64,000 bases of DNA from an uncultured bacterium (GCA_964628055.1 CAZVNL010000008.1:4233-68232), one strand, 5' to 3'. Shown: positions 42,845 to 53,439, numbered from the stretch's first letter. Numbers and translations: made by a program. The notes: generated by a model not told the origin, from the sequence alone.

Positions 42845-45800
42845 CGAGCTTTGGCTACCTTTCCGCGCTTTTTTATCACCTGTTGGCCTTTTTTGGCATA
42901 CATCTGGTAAAAGTAGACCCCGTTGGCTACGAAAGACCCGGTTTTATCACGACCGTCCCAAACAATTTCATGATAGGCCCCTCGGCGAGGGTCCAGGGCC
43001 GTCACCATGGCACCGGAATCCACTTCCCAGATCAACCGTCCATCCAAGGTGTAAACCTTCAGCGAAAACCGGTCCACCGTTTCCGTAAGCTCATAAGCAA
43101 ATACGGTCTTATCGGTGAAGGGGTTGGGGAAATTTCCATAATCAATGAGGGCCAATTGCTCCCACACCCGGAAGGTGAGGCTCAGTGTATCGGATAAATT
43201 TCCCGCCGCATCGGCCACCACCAGACGAATACTGGAATCTGAGGGAGAGAGGGTGGGTGTTAGTTGAATCCCGATCTGATTGCCCCTCCCGTTGACATTC
43301 ATGATTCCCGTGAGGTTCCGAAGGCGCCCATTCACCCAGAACTGCACCTCATCGGGACGGCAATCCACCCCGTTTTGATCGTTGGCGATGACCGTTAACA
43401 CCGGGGTAGTATTGATATAACTATCCTTTAAAAAGCGCTGACCGTTCAACATGGCTTCTAAAAAAGGAGGTTCCAGGTCGTTGACGCTCATCCAGGCCAC
43501 TTGAAGGTCACCTGAACCCGGGAAATTCGCCCCCTCACCTTCTACAGTATACTGAGCCACCGGCAGCCAGAGATCCACAAAACCGTAATATTGGTACAAG
43601 AACACCGAATCTGGCAGGGGGTTTTGTAGAGACCATCGCACGTCATAAGGAACCCCGGCGCGAGAGGTAATCTGGACCGCAGCCCGTTGTGAATCCAGGT
43701 GCACGGCGGTGAAATTGGGTTGGTTAAGTAGGGTCGTTTTCTGAACCGAAGATAAGGTCAAAATATAATCTTCCGTAGTGGCTCCGCCGGGAACCTCCAC
43801 GTCCACGCCCGGGAGTCCCACCACGGCGTGGGTCTGGAGATCTTCCGTCGTCCCCAATGATTTAGTGACCCAGAAGGCACGGGTTGGTAGACGCCGGTAA
43901 AGGGTATCATCGGTAACCGAGGATTGTATAGACGGGGTGCTCACAATGACCCGATAGGCATGTGTTCCCCGAGGAAATACGTTGGAAACGCGGGCCCCAA
44001 TAGAGCTGGGGGTGTACTTCAGGGTATCCTGCCCCAAAAGTTCCCAGCCTGCCGGTGTTTCTCGCTGGAAAGTGACGGTTCCTTGATCAAAGGCCACGCT
44101 ACTATGCTCTATGGTGGCTTCCAAGCCGATAGCATTATTAACGAAAAACCGGAGGTCAGTGGGACGTACGTTTGGCAATTGGTGGATATAAAGATAAAAG
44201 CGGGGGCCCACGTAGTACCGTCCGTTGGTGTCTTTTATCCGGCAGTACAACTCCCACTCCAGGTATTCGGTCTGGGGAGGGATCCGGTGCCTGGGCTGGT
44301 AAACCCCGTCCTGATAATCCATCTCCGTAACGAACACATTCACCCAACCGGGCGCGAGGGCATCATAACGGCGCATCCACAGTTCTACCTTTTCCACCCC
44401 GGTGGTACCCAGTAACACAGCGTGGACGTTGATGCTATCCCGAACAGTAGGTTGTTCGGGTTCGATAGATAAAATCTTTGCCACGGGCAACGGCGTAAAC
44501 ACCGTGTCGTTAGCCTGGTAAATGTCCTGATCCAAGGCGTAGGTCGTATTCACCGTGTACCAAGCAGAGGTGAATGTATCGGGGAGGGTCAAGGTGTACG
44601 GCGGGTCTTCGTCTATGAGAACGGGATCATCCGTAACCGGATAGTTGCGGTCGTCAAAAAGTTGCACGGTGATGGCGTTTGGTGAGCCATTGGTAGGCGT
44701 AATGGTGAGCGCTTTGCCGCTATCGCTCACTGGTGGGTCGACCGTTAGGGTTGCCTTCTCAGGAAAAGGCACAAATAACGCTGGGTCGCCCAGGAGATTG
44801 TACTGGTAAATCTGGGAACGGGCAATATCAGGAAAGGCCGTATTGGAAGCGAGGTACCGCACTTTGGCCATATTGAGCAGGGGGCCAACGGGGCTGTCCC
44901 GCGTCTTTAACAACAAGTCACTGAAAGGTTGCAGCAGCATAAAATCGTTAATGATCCACCCCACGCCGGCGCTTCCAATCCAGGCGGTGGCGCCGCCCTC
45001 TGCTTTCAATACCATGCGGCGACCAAGACTGTTGGGGTTTGTGACGTCTCCCGTAAAACAGGTCATGCTGGTGACCAGAGGTTGGGTTGTCGTATTGGCC
45101 AGGGATCCCAGGTCATCCAGGGTCAAAAGGGAGCGGTCCCCCCACACGGCGCCACCGCCATGTCCTAAAAAGTTGACCCAAATCCGGCCCTCGTTCAGGT
45201 AGTTCACCAAATCATCAGTGGACCCATAAAAAGGGCCTCCCTCAGAGTATTGGTCTACGTATAAGCGCGCGGGGAAAAAGCCGTCTCCCACCAGTGCGTT
45301 AAGCAACACTTCCGATTGCTCCTTAAAGGTGGTTTCGTACCCGCCAATCAATAGGATGCGGTTATGCCAGGGAGTTGTTTGAAAGGTATTCAGGGCTAAT
45401 ATTTTTTGCACAGCCTGGTCCAGTTCAGCCATATTCCGGGCGGGCAGTCGGCCGATGGCAAACTCGGGTAACAGGTCCTCTCCGGCAACACAACTATACC
45501 AGTAATCCGAAGCCACCGCACCGAAGCCAACGGTTTGTATTTTCATGGCGGGCAGGAAATGGGGCGTGGCGCCGGTACCTCCTTCCCAGCCAAACCACTT
45601 TCCCTGCTGGGCTAGGAGCACGGTGGAGGGTCGCGGTTGCCAGTTCCAGTAGACATCGGTGAGAAAATCACGGAGGGCATAGGGCGAGACCACACCGCCA
45701 CTGTATTCCCGATACACCTCGGCCACATCGATAAACACGCCATTACGGGCCAAGACCAGGGGATTAACTACCGTCCGAAATGAATCTGGTCCCAGGACTA

Positions 45801-47598
45801 GATAGGGCGCTCCCCCCACTACCAGGGGGGTCGTAATAGGATCGACCGGTGACAGGGATTTTACCGGCTTTAACCGGGACTCGGCGAAGGCCTGGTAAAG
45901 GGTGGAATCCGAATTCACGAAATCCTGAAACACGATTCGGTAGGTTCCCGTCCCGGCGCTGGCGAGAACCAGATAATCCGTCAGGCGGGACAAGCCATCC
46001 TTGAAGAGCCAGAGGTCCGGCGAGGTAAAACCAGAAATATCAAATTGCGTCATTACCGGAATGGCCCCTTGCAGACTAAATTCCAGATAGTCATCTTGGG
46101 CCTCGTAAAGGCGGTCGTAACTCAGTTCTACCCAGTCCAGATAAACCTGATCGTAGGGGTTTGCCGGGTCACCTGCTAAGCTGATGGACAGCGTGTTGAG
46201 GCCATCATTCAGAAAGGTATTCAACAGGGAAGTGTTATTTGTACTCTGGAGGGTATAGTCCGTTTGACCGCTCCAGGCGCCGCTGAGGAGTTGATAGCCA
46301 TTCAGGTTTACCTGAACCGTATGGTTGCCGGTCGTCATCCCTTGAAAACGCAGGACAATTTGAAACGTGGCCGTGGCCTCCTGCTTGGGACTGGCCAGCG
46401 TAAAGGGGAAGGACACTTGCGTGCCTCCCTGAATGGGCGGTTCCATGAAAAAATGCTCGAAGGTATCCCATTGTTCGTGGAGCCCCAGAGTTCCCAGGCG
46501 GGCAAAATACTCGTTTCTTTCAATGTGCCGAGTAAAGCGATAATCCGTGGGTAGGTAAACCTGGCCGGGGTCTAAACCGGGGTAAGCACTTTCCGATAGA
46601 TAACGCAACCCCCACGTCTCCCCCCAGGTTAACCAGTAAACATTCTCCGGTGTGTAAAAATTGTCACGGTAGGGCGCACCCTCGGGTGGGGGGTTGGGTT
46701 GGCCCTGAAATACTAGGCGGTCCCCCGGATCAAAATGGCCATCATCCTGTCCTACTACGTAGAGAGGAACTTCCTTCTCCTGGTTCCAGAGTCGAAAGGT
46801 GCGGGGATCCACACCGCTCACCGTCAGGCCACTATCAAGCATTGTCGCCTGGGTGAGGACGTACCATCCAACGGTATCCACGCTAAGTCTGGCAATGTGC
46901 GGAGAATACTGGTAAGGTGGGATGGTAACCAGCATGGTAGATGAGCGGGATCGGGTAGGGGAAGCCAGCGAACCAAGCTCCGTTTGGGATAACAGGGATG
47001 GCCGGCGACGCCCCCGGGCTGACCAGCGAATTTGAATGGTCAAATGTTTATTCCAAACTAGCTTTCCGGCCGCGATACGGATAGGGAAAACCTCCAGCGC
47101 TACTGTGTCATGACCTTTTATGGAGACCGTCTTTTTAATTTGTGCCACCTGCCCGGGAAAAGAACGCCCTTCCCAAATAACAAGGGGGCGTTGGAGGTCA
47201 ATTCCTTTAGCCGCTTCACCACCCGTTAAAGGGATCGTTACACCAGCGAGCTGGTGCTCCGGGCTACGGTATACGTCCACCTGAGCATTTTCCGGCACAT
47301 TTAATAAAACCTCCTCAACGTAGAATAGGCGCGGTAAACCGGGAATCTGGTACGGGGTAAGGGCAGGTCGCGTGTGGAGTTGATTGCTCTCGTCAACCCA
47401 GACTGAATCTACCTGTACTTCAAGGGTTAAAAGACCAGGTCGGGTAAAGCGGACGGTTAGGGGAGCACCATATAACGTAATTAGAAAAAGGATCAGCCCT
47501 ATACCCCACGGCTCCCTTCTACGACACGCAGACCTAGCAAATTTCATTTTGATGCAAAACTTGGTAAAGATATTTATATCAAAGCAACCATTGTTCAC
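42841..47598 (-). CDS. C25 (gingipain-like) cysteine peptidase, PorU-like, with a C-terminal FlgD-Ig / T9SS-CTD-like domain
   Basis: SDYWY, FAIGRLPAR, catalytic NFLGHGG (His 45160-45162) and SMTCFTG (Cys 45058-45060), YNLLGDPAL, and C-terminal NFPNPF...VYTLDGRLI...WDGRDKTG..VANGVYFY...K.AK. The start may be the ATG at 47547. Confidence 0.85.
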   Translation of the reverse strand: MNNGCFDINIFTKFCIKMKFARSACRRREPWGIGLILFLITLYGAPLTVRFTRPGLLTLEVQVDSVWVDESNQLHTRPALTPYQIPGLPRLFYVEEVLLNVPENAQVDVYRSPEHQLAGVTIPLTGGEAAKGIDLQRPLVIWEGRSFPGQVAQIKKTVSIKGHDTVALEVFPIRIAAGKLVWNKHLTIQIRWSARGRRRPSLLSQTELGSLASPTRSRSSTMLVTIPPYQYSPHIARLSVDTVGWYVLTQATMLDSGLTVSGVDPRTFRLWNQEKEVPLYVVGQDDGHFDPGDRLVFQGQPNPPPEGAPYRDNFYTPENVYWLTWGETWGLRYLSESAYPGLDPGQVYLPTDYRFTRHIERNEYFARLGTLGLHEQWDTFEHFFMEPPIQGGTQVSFPFTLASPKQEATATFQIVLRFQGMTTGNHTVQVNLNGYQLLSGAWSGQTDYTLQSTNNTSLLNTFLNDGLNTLSISLAGDPANPYDQVYLDWVELSYDRLYEAQDDYLEFSLQGAIPVMTQFDISGFTSPDLWLFKDGLSRLTDYLVLASAGTGTYRIVFQDFVNSDSTLYQAFAESRLKPVKSLSPVDPITTPLVVGGAPYLVLGPDSFRTVVNPLVLARNGVFIDVAEVYREYSGGVVSPYALRDFLTDVYWNWQPRPSTVLLAQQGKWFGWEGGTGATPHFLPAMKIQTVGFGAVASDYWYSCVAGEDLLPEFAIGRLPARNMAELDQAVQKILALNTFQTTPWHNRILLIGGYETTFKEQSEVLLNALVGDGFFPARLYVDQYSEGGPFYGSTDDLVNYLNEGRIWVNFLGHGGGAVWGDRSLLTLDDLGSLANTTTQPLVTSMTCFTGDVTNPNSLGRRMVLKAEGGATAWIGSAGVGWIINDFMLLQPFSDLLLKTRDSPVGPLLNMAKVRYLASNTAFPDIARSQIYQYNLLGDPALFVPFPEKATLTVDPPVSDSGKALTITPTNGSPNAITVQLFDDRNYPVTDDPVLIDEDPPYTLTLPDTFTSAWYTVNTTYALDQDIYQANDTVFTPLPVAKILSIEPEQPTVRDSINVHAVLLGTTGVEKVELWMRRYDALAPGWVNVFVTEMDYQDGVYQPRHRIPPQTEYLEWELYCRIKDTNGRYYVGPRFYLYIHQLPNVRPTDLRFFVNNAIGLEATIEHSSVAFDQGTVTFQRETPAGWELLGQDTLKYTPSSIGARVSNVFPRGTHAYRVIVSTPSIQSSVTDDTLYRRLPTRAFWVTKSLGTTEDLQTHAVVGLPGVDVEVPGGATTEDYILTLSSVQKTTLLNQPNFTAVHLDSQRAAVQITSRAGVPYDVRWSLQNPLPDSVFLYQYYGFVDLWLPVAQYTVEGEGANFPGSGDLQVAWMSVNDLEPPFLEAMLNGQRFLKDSYINTTPVLTVIANDQNGVDCRPDEVQFWVNGRLRNLTGIMNVNGRGNQIGIQLTPTLSPSDSSIRLVVADAAGNLSDTLSLTFRVWEQLALIDYGNFPNPFTDKTVFAYELTETVDRFSLKVYTLDGRLIWEVDSGAMVTALDPRRGAYHEIVWDGRDKTGSFVANGVYFYQMYAKKGQQVIKKRGKVAKAR

Positions 47599-47732
47599 CT
47601 AATGATTAAAATTAAAATGAATAAACAAAGAAAGAAAAGGGTCAAACCTGGAAACGATAATTCAACGATAGGATTTACGGTACCAGTGACAGCGCTATTA
47701 AAGTATATCAAAAAGTCATCATGAATCACCAT
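47595..47732 (-). CDS. Candidate small membrane protein (45 aa)
   Basis: ATG at 47732 encodes MVIHDDFLIYFNSAVTGTVNPIVELSFPGLTLFFLCLFILILIIR. Its TGA overlaps the GTG of the C25 ORF (GTGA). The region is AT-rich, so the ORF could be chance. Confidence 0.3.
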   Translation of the reverse strand: MVIHDDFLIYFNSAVTGTVNPIVELSFPGLTLFFLCLFILILIIR

Positions 47733-47743
47733 TTTTTAATACC

Positions 47744-48520
47744 TTAATCCCCCGAGGAAATAAACATCCTTTCGTTGAGATAGCGGCGGAGTTCCATTTC
47801 GTCCAGACCCACTTTAAAGAGGCGACCATTTTCCGCCACGGAAACACGACCGGTCTCTTCCGATACCACGATTACCAGGGCATCGGTTTCCTCGGTGATA
47901 CCCAGGGCTGCGCGATGGCGGGTGCCCATTTGGGGATCCACCATGGTGCTCTCCGTGAGGGGTAGAATACAGGTAGCAGCATCGATGACATCATTCTGGA
48001 TAATGACTGCCCCATCGTGCAGCGGAGAAGTGGGGTTGAAAATGGACACGAGCAAGGGGGCGGTGACTTCTGCTTTCAATTGTGTTCCCGCTTCCTTGTA
48101 GGTGCGCATTCCCGTTTCTCTCTGGATGACGATAAGGGCGCCCCACTGACGCTTTTTCAATTCGTTGGTGGCTTCTACAATGGCCTCGATGGTTCGGGAA
48201 GAGCCCACGCGAAAGATGGTCCGGAAAAAGCGCGTTTGCCCCACGTAGATAAGCAACCGTCTCAACTCCGGTTGAAAGAGAATCACGAAGGCTACCACCC
48301 ACACCGTTTGAAATTGGTTTACCAACCAGGAGGAGGCACTCAAACCAACCGCATTAAAAAGAAAAGAAACGATTAATAGAATAATTAACCCCACCAGCAT
48401 CTGGCCGGCCCGGGTTTCCCGAAAGTACTGAAATATCTTGTAAAAAAGCCAACTCACCAAGAGTAAATCAATAATATCAATGAGCGTAACGGTGAGGAAC
48501 CCGATTTTAAAAAGAACCAT
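47744..48520 (-). CDS. cdaA: Diadenylate cyclase (membrane-bound CdaA/DacA)
   Basis: Three N-terminal TM helices, VILFQPELRR, PLHDGAVII (DGA motif) and MGTRHRAALG (RHR motif). Confidence 0.96.
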   Translation of the reverse strand: MVLFKIGFLTVTLIDIIDLLLVSWLFYKIFQYFRETRAGQMLVGLIILLIVSFLFNAVGLSASSWLVNQFQTVWVVAFVILFQPELRRLLIYVGQTRFFRTIFRVGSSRTIEAIVEATNELKKRQWGALIVIQRETGMRTYKEAGTQLKAEVTAPLLVSIFNPTSPLHDGAVIIQNDVIDAATCILPLTESTMVDPQMGTRHRAALGITEETDALVIVVSEETGRVSVAENGRLFKVGLDEMELRRYLNERMFISSGD

Positions 48521-49362
48521 TACTCTCCACCCCTACGAATGCGATCGCTGATTATGGCCACCCGTTTCATCTCCCGAATGTCGTGTACGCGTACAATCCG
48601 GGCACCTTTTAAAATCGCCGCCGTAACCGCGGCGGCAGTCCCTTCGAGGCGTTGGTCAACCGGGAGACCCAGCGTCTGGCCGATGAAAGATTTTCGCGAC
48701 GGCCCTACCAAAACGGGAAACCCTAACTGAATAATCTCGTCCAAGCGGTAAAGCAATTCGAAATTATCCTTCAAACGCTTTCCAAAACCGATCCCCGGAT
48801 CCAGGATAATCTGCGCATTTGTAATCCCCTCACTCCGGGAAAACTCCACCCGTTCCTGGAAATAAGCAATAATTTCTTGCATCAAATTCTCATAGGTGGG
48901 ATTGACCTGCATCTCCCGGGGGGTACCCTTGATGTGCATGATAACTACCGGTACCCCTGACCGGGCAATTAAGTGGGTCATCTGCGAATCGAACTGCAAC
49001 CCGCTGATATCGTTCACTAATTGGGCCCCCGCCGCCAGCGCCCGTTCGGCAACCGCTGCCTTATAGGTATCGATGGATAGGAGCGCCCGGGAGCGTTGGG
49101 CAAGACGCTCAATAACGGGAAGGACACGCTTTAGCTCCTCCTCAAGGGGAACAGGTTCGGCGCCGGGACGGGTGGACTCCCCGCCAATGTCGATAATGTC
49201 CGCTCCCTGGTCTTCCAGCTCCAAAGCGCGAGCCACGGCTTGCTCGGTCTTCAGGTATCGTCCCCCATCACTGAATGAATCCGGCGTGACGTTCAAAATG
49301 CCCATAATCAAGGTGGGTTGCCGGGGATTCGAAAGGCGTTGATAAAATTCAGACAGCGTCAT
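48520..49362 (-). CDS. folP: Dihydropteroate synthase
   Basis: MGILNVTPDSFSDGG, DIGGESTRPGA, NDISG, DPGIGFGK, SRKSF and RVHD motifs. Confidence 0.98.
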   Translation of the reverse strand: MTLSEFYQRLSNPRQPTLIMGILNVTPDSFSDGGRYLKTEQAVARALELEDQGADIIDIGGESTRPGAEPVPLEEELKRVLPVIERLAQRSRALLSIDTYKAAVAERALAAGAQLVNDISGLQFDSQMTHLIARSGVPVVIMHIKGTPREMQVNPTYENLMQEIIAYFQERVEFSRSEGITNAQIILDPGIGFGKRLKDNFELLYRLDEIIQLGFPVLVGPSRKSFIGQTLGLPVDQRLEGTAAAVTAAILKGARIVRVHDIREMKRVAIISDRIRRGGE

Positions 49363-49439
49363 TAAACAATGCCCTGATTAAGCCCCATCGTCCATTGTTA
49401 CCGGCGGTCAGGGTGAACCTGGATATTCCTGGTAATCAA

Positions 49440-51515
49440 TCAATGACTGGTTTTCGGTTCCGGGGGACGGGGAGGGGATGTTTTGGCCGCCAACCGTTTT
49501 TTTCTCGGTTTCCGGGATGGCCTGACGCGGCCGTTTTTGGAGCGGATTAGCTTCTTCCCCTCTAAAATGCGCTGAATATCACGATTAGTCAGGGTTTCGT
49601 ATTTCAACAATCCGGCGGCCATGGCATGCAGGGTATCCATCCTGCTCTTCAACAGCTCTACGGCATAATTCTGGGCTTTGCGTATTATCCGCACCACCTC
49701 TTCATCAATCATGCGGGCCGTGGCATCGCTGAAGTCCCGATGAGACTGAATCTCACGCCCTAAGAATATTTCGGCATCCTTTTTCCCAAAGGTCATGGGA
49801 CCCAAAACGTCGCTCATGCCCCATTCGCAGACCATTTTACGGGCGATGGCGGTAGCCTGTTCAATATCATTGCCCGCGCCGGTGGTGAGCTGGTTGAAAA
49901 TGAGCCGTTCCGCCGCACGACCGCCTAACAAGATTGCCAAGCGGCCTTCAATGTATTCCTTAGAATAGTTGTGTTTTTCATCGATGGGTAATTGGGTAGT
50001 GATACCCAGCGCCTGTCCCCGAGGAATGATGGTCACTTTATGGATAGGATCAGCCCCTGGAGTCAGGGCCGCTACTAAGGTGTGTCCCGACTCGTGGTAG
50101 GCGGTCATCCGCTTTTCCTCTTCAGAAAGGATGACACTCTTACGCTGGATTCCCATCATTACCTTATCCTTGGCGTCCTCAAAGTCTTCCATATCGACGG
50201 CTTTTTTCCGTTTACGGGCGGCCAGGATAGCGGCTTCGTTCACCATGTTGGCTAAGTCGGCCCCTACCAATCCAGGTGTTCCCCGGGCGATTTCTTCTAA
50301 ATTTACTTTCCTGCGGTTGAGGACGATCTTCTTCGTATGCACCTTTAAGATCCCCAGGCGGCCGTGGAAGTCCGGCATATCCACCATGATCTGGCGGTCG
50401 AAACGGCCGGGACGTAACAGGGCTGGGTCGAGTACATCAGGGCGGTTGGTGGCAGCCAAAACGATTACCATTTGATCCGAATCAAAGCCGTCCATTTCCA
50501 CCAACAACTGATTCAAAGTCTGCTCCCGCTCGTCATGTCCCCCCCCTAAGCCAGCCCCCCGTTGCCGGCCCACAGCATCCAATTCGTCAATAAAAACGAT
50601 ACACGGCGCGCTTTTCTTCCCCTGATCGAATAGATCCCGCACCCGGGAAGCGCCGACCCCCACAAACATTTCCACGAAGTCGGCCCCGCTGAGACTAAAA
50701 AACGGTACCCCTGCTTCACCGGCCACGGCCCGCGCCAGGAGGGTTTTACCAGTCCCCGGCGGTCCCACTAAAAGGGCCCCCTTGGGAATGGAAGCCCCCA
50801 ACTTCTGATAACGCTTCGGACGCTTTAGAAAATCGATCACCTCTTTCAACTCTTCCTTGGCCTCGATGCAGCCGGCTACGTCGTCAAAAGTCACTCTGGG
50901 CATGTTGGAGGTCCAGACCTTAGCGCGACTCTTTCCAAAACTAAAGATCCCCTTCATCCCTCCGGCACCCCCCTGGACTCGACGCATGAGAAAGAACCAG
51001 AACCCGATGAGGAGAATCCAGGGAAGCATGTTCAAAAAGTAGCCGGTCCAATCTATACGCTGCTCTTTAAAGCTATATTGAACGCCATACTGGTCCCATT
51101 CATCCATCACTTTCTGGTCGATGAAGGGCAAAATCACATAGAAACGGGTTACATTATCCTGGACGCCTAAACTGGTCGTCACCGTTTGGGGGGTGGAGAA
51201 TCTTCCGTGAAAAACCCCCTCGATAATGGTGGCTTCGGTAATCACCTTTTGGGTTAAGAAATCACGGTAGTAGTAATACTCCAGCTCCACTTCTTTCTGG
51301 TTTCCCGACGTGAACAGACTGGAAAGGAAAATGGCGGCCATGAGGATCAGCACCCAGATGAGGGAGGTTTTACCGGCCCGTTTCCACTGGAATTCGTTCT
51401 CTTTGGGTTTCTGGCCCGTGTCGCCCTTCTTGGGGAGGCCGGACTTAGGGGTTAGTTTACCCTTTTTCCGTCCGGGTTGAGCTCCAGGTCTTCTTTTCAT
51501 CAGTCTAAGAAACAT
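49440..51515 (-). CDS. ftsH: ATP-dependent zinc metalloprotease FtsH
   Basis: Two TM helices, [33 protein letters not shown] and LTTGAGND. The start could be the ATG at 51500. Confidence 0.98.
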   Translation of the reverse strand: MFLRLMKRRPGAQPGRKKGKLTPKSGLPKKGDTGQKPKENEFQWKRAGKTSLIWVLILMAAIFLSSLFTSGNQKEVELEYYYYRDFLTQKVITEATIIEGVFHGRFSTPQTVTTSLGVQDNVTRFYVILPFIDQKVMDEWDQYGVQYSFKEQRIDWTGYFLNMLPWILLIGFWFFLMRRVQGGAGGMKGIFSFGKSRAKVWTSNMPRVTFDDVAGCIEAKEELKEVIDFLKRPKRYQKLGASIPKGALLVGPPGTGKTLLARAVAGEAGVPFFSLSGADFVEMFVGVGASRVRDLFDQGKKSAPCIVFIDELDAVGRQRGAGLGGGHDEREQTLNQLLVEMDGFDSDQMVIVLAATNRPDVLDPALLRPGRFDRQIMVDMPDFHGRLGILKVHTKKIVLNRRKVNLEEIARGTPGLVGADLANMVNEAAILAARKRKKAVDMEDFEDAKDKVMMGIQRKSVILSEEEKRMTAYHESGHTLVAALTPGADPIHKVTIIPRGQALGITTQLPIDEKHNYSKEYIEGRLAILLGGRAAERLIFNQLTTGAGNDIEQATAIARKMVCEWGMSDVLGPMTFGKKDAEIFLGREIQSHRDFSDATARMIDEEVVRIIRKAQNYAVELLKSRMDTLHAMAAGLLKYETLTNRDIQRILEGKKLIRSKNGRVRPSRKPRKKRLAAKTSPPRPPEPKTSH

Positions 51516-52047
51516 GTTGAAATCCTTCTAACCGGTAAATGGCCGGTAAATGTCGCATTTTTTGATCATAATCCAGTCCGTATCCTACAACAAAATCGGG
51601 GGGAATTTCAAACCCAACCATGTCAATGGGAAAATCCAACTGGGCCACCTCCGGTTTCAGTAATAACGTAACAATGGATACGGATGCAGGGGCAGCTTCT
51701 TTCAAACGCTCCCGGATAAACCGAATCGTTAACCCGGAATCAATGATATCTTCCACGATGATGACATGGCGATTGGTGATCTCCGCCGAAATATCTTTCA
51801 ACAGGCGAATCGTCCCCACACTGTCTGTGCCCGCGTAACTGGAAAGTTTCATGAAATCCATTTCACAATCGATGGTCATTTGACGCATCAAATCGGAAAG
51901 GAAAATGAAGCTACCGTTCAAAATGCCGATTAAAATCGGGACTTTATCCTGAAACTTCTGAGACAACTCCGCAGCCATCGCTTTTACCCGTCTTGCGATG
52001 GTGTGTTCATCGATGAGGACCTGGAGCATATAATTCCCTATTTGCAT
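51505..52047 (-). CDS. hpt: Hypoxanthine phosphoribosyltransferase
   Basis: ILNGSFIFLSDL, SSY, IIVEDIIDSGLT and FVVGYGLDY motifs. Confidence 0.97.
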   Translation of the reverse strand: MQIGNYMLQVLIDEHTIARRVKAMAAELSQKFQDKVPILIGILNGSFIFLSDLMRQMTIDCEMDFMKLSSYAGTDSVGTIRLLKDISAEITNRHVIIVEDIIDSGLTIRFIRERLKEAAPASVSIVTLLLKPEVAQLDFPIDMVGFEIPPDFVVGYGLDYDQKMRHLPAIYRLEGFQHVS

Positions 52048-53423
52048 AGTGACCGTACTTTGGGAATCATGGAAAGTTCCGCCGGGCGCCTAGTCTCCGG
52101 GGTAACCTTCACTTTTTCACTGATGCGCCAACCGCAGACCCATAAGATATCCTCCCCTCCGAGAAGCAACCATTGGTCACCCTTGGCCAGGCGAGGCACT
52201 TTCTCCTCCGTGAAAAAGTCGCTGAGTTTCTTGGTCCCGGTCATGCCCAGGGGGTGGAAGGCGTCCCCCGGTTGCCACTGTCGTAAGGTTAACGTACAGT
52301 GTGCGTACTGGCTGCCGTCGATGGTCTCTTTCCAGGGGTCCCGGGGAAAAAGGGTGGCAGTTTCCACCCATCTCCAGTGGAAATAGAAATGTTCACAGTC
52401 CAAACTCTCACCAGGAGACAGGGTATAAACCGGCCGGGGGGTGTTTTCCCCTTTCTTCAAAATGAAGGTGGCGCGATCCTTCAGTAATTGCCAGGCATTG
52501 GGTAAAGGGAGCACCTGCCCCGTGGAAGCTTGCTTTAAAAAGGTTTTTAAGTCGTTGTAAATATACCGTCTCCAGGGAACTTCGGTCTCTTCTACGAAGT
52601 GTTTGATCACCCTGATCTTTAGAAGTGTCGGTAATCGGGTCAAGGTGTCGATTTTAAGGTGGACCTCGTCATGGGTCTGCTGGGAGACAATCCGGGGCAG
52701 AAATTCCTGAACCATAAAGTTAAGGGTTTCTTCCGTTTCCCGCGCCTGGTGGGCCACATGCTCTAAGTTTTGTTCCAGGGCTGGGTAGCGCTCCGTCCAC
52801 AGGGGCAGGACCCGGTGACGGAGAAAATTACGAGGATGTTCTTCCAACACGTTGGTGGGATCGTCAATAAAGGGGATTTGATTGACCCTACAGTAGGTTT
52901 CAATCTCCTCGTGTGAAAAGGACAAAAACGGCCGCACAATCCGCCCCAGGTGGGGATGGATGCCCTTTAACCCGCTGATCCCACACCCAGCGGCTAAATG
53001 GGCTAAAACCGTTTCCGCCTGATCTCCTTGGTGGTGCGCCGTGACGATCCAATGGGCAGCGCACTGTTGACGAAGTTTCTCCAGGGCCGCATACCGCTCC
53101 CGCCTGGCCCAGGCCTCTACGCTTTCACCACGACCTTTGGTCCCCGGGTCCAAATGAGCCACCAAGCAGGGTACTTCCCATTGTGCGCTGGTTTTTACTA
53201 CCAATTCCTGATCCTCGTGCGACGAAGGCCGCAGATGATGGTTCACATGGGCAACGGTTAATTGGAACGGGGACTTTTCCCGAAGGGAACATAGGACGTG
53301 GAGTAACCCCATGGAGTCCTTACCCCCAGACACAGCCACCAAGAGGTGATCCCCCGGTGAAAACAAGTTCTCCGATACAATAAGAGTGCTAAAACGGTCG
53401 CTAAGATTGCTTGGTGAAGCCAT
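52038..53423 (-). CDS. tilS: tRNA(Ile)-lysidine synthetase
   Basis: AVSGGKDSM, AHVNHHLR, RRERY, TAHHQGDQAET, RNFLRH and C-terminal RQWQPGD...KKLSDFF. Start moved to the ATG at 53423, just after the metF stop. Confidence 0.96.
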   Translation of the reverse strand: MASPSNLSDRFSTLIVSENLFSPGDHLLVAVSGGKDSMGLLHVLCSLREKSPFQLTVAHVNHHLRPSSHEDQELVVKTSAQWEVPCLVAHLDPGTKGRGESVEAWARRERYAALEKLRQQCAAHWIVTAHHQGDQAETVLAHLAAGCGISGLKGIHPHLGRIVRPFLSFSHEEIETYCRVNQIPFIDDPTNVLEEHPRNFLRHRVLPLWTERYPALEQNLEHVAHQARETEETLNFMVQEFLPRIVSQQTHDEVHLKIDTLTRLPTLLKIRVIKHFVEETEVPWRRYIYNDLKTFLKQASTGQVLPLPNAWQLLKDRATFILKKGENTPRPVYTLSPGESLDCEHFYFHWRWVETATLFPRDPWKETIDGSQYAHCTLTLRQWQPGDAFHPLGMTGTKKLSDFFTEEKVPRLAKGDQWLLLGGEDILWVCGWRISEKVKVTPETRRPAELSMIPKVRSLCK

Positions 53424-53439
53424 ACTGGTCTGTGAACCG

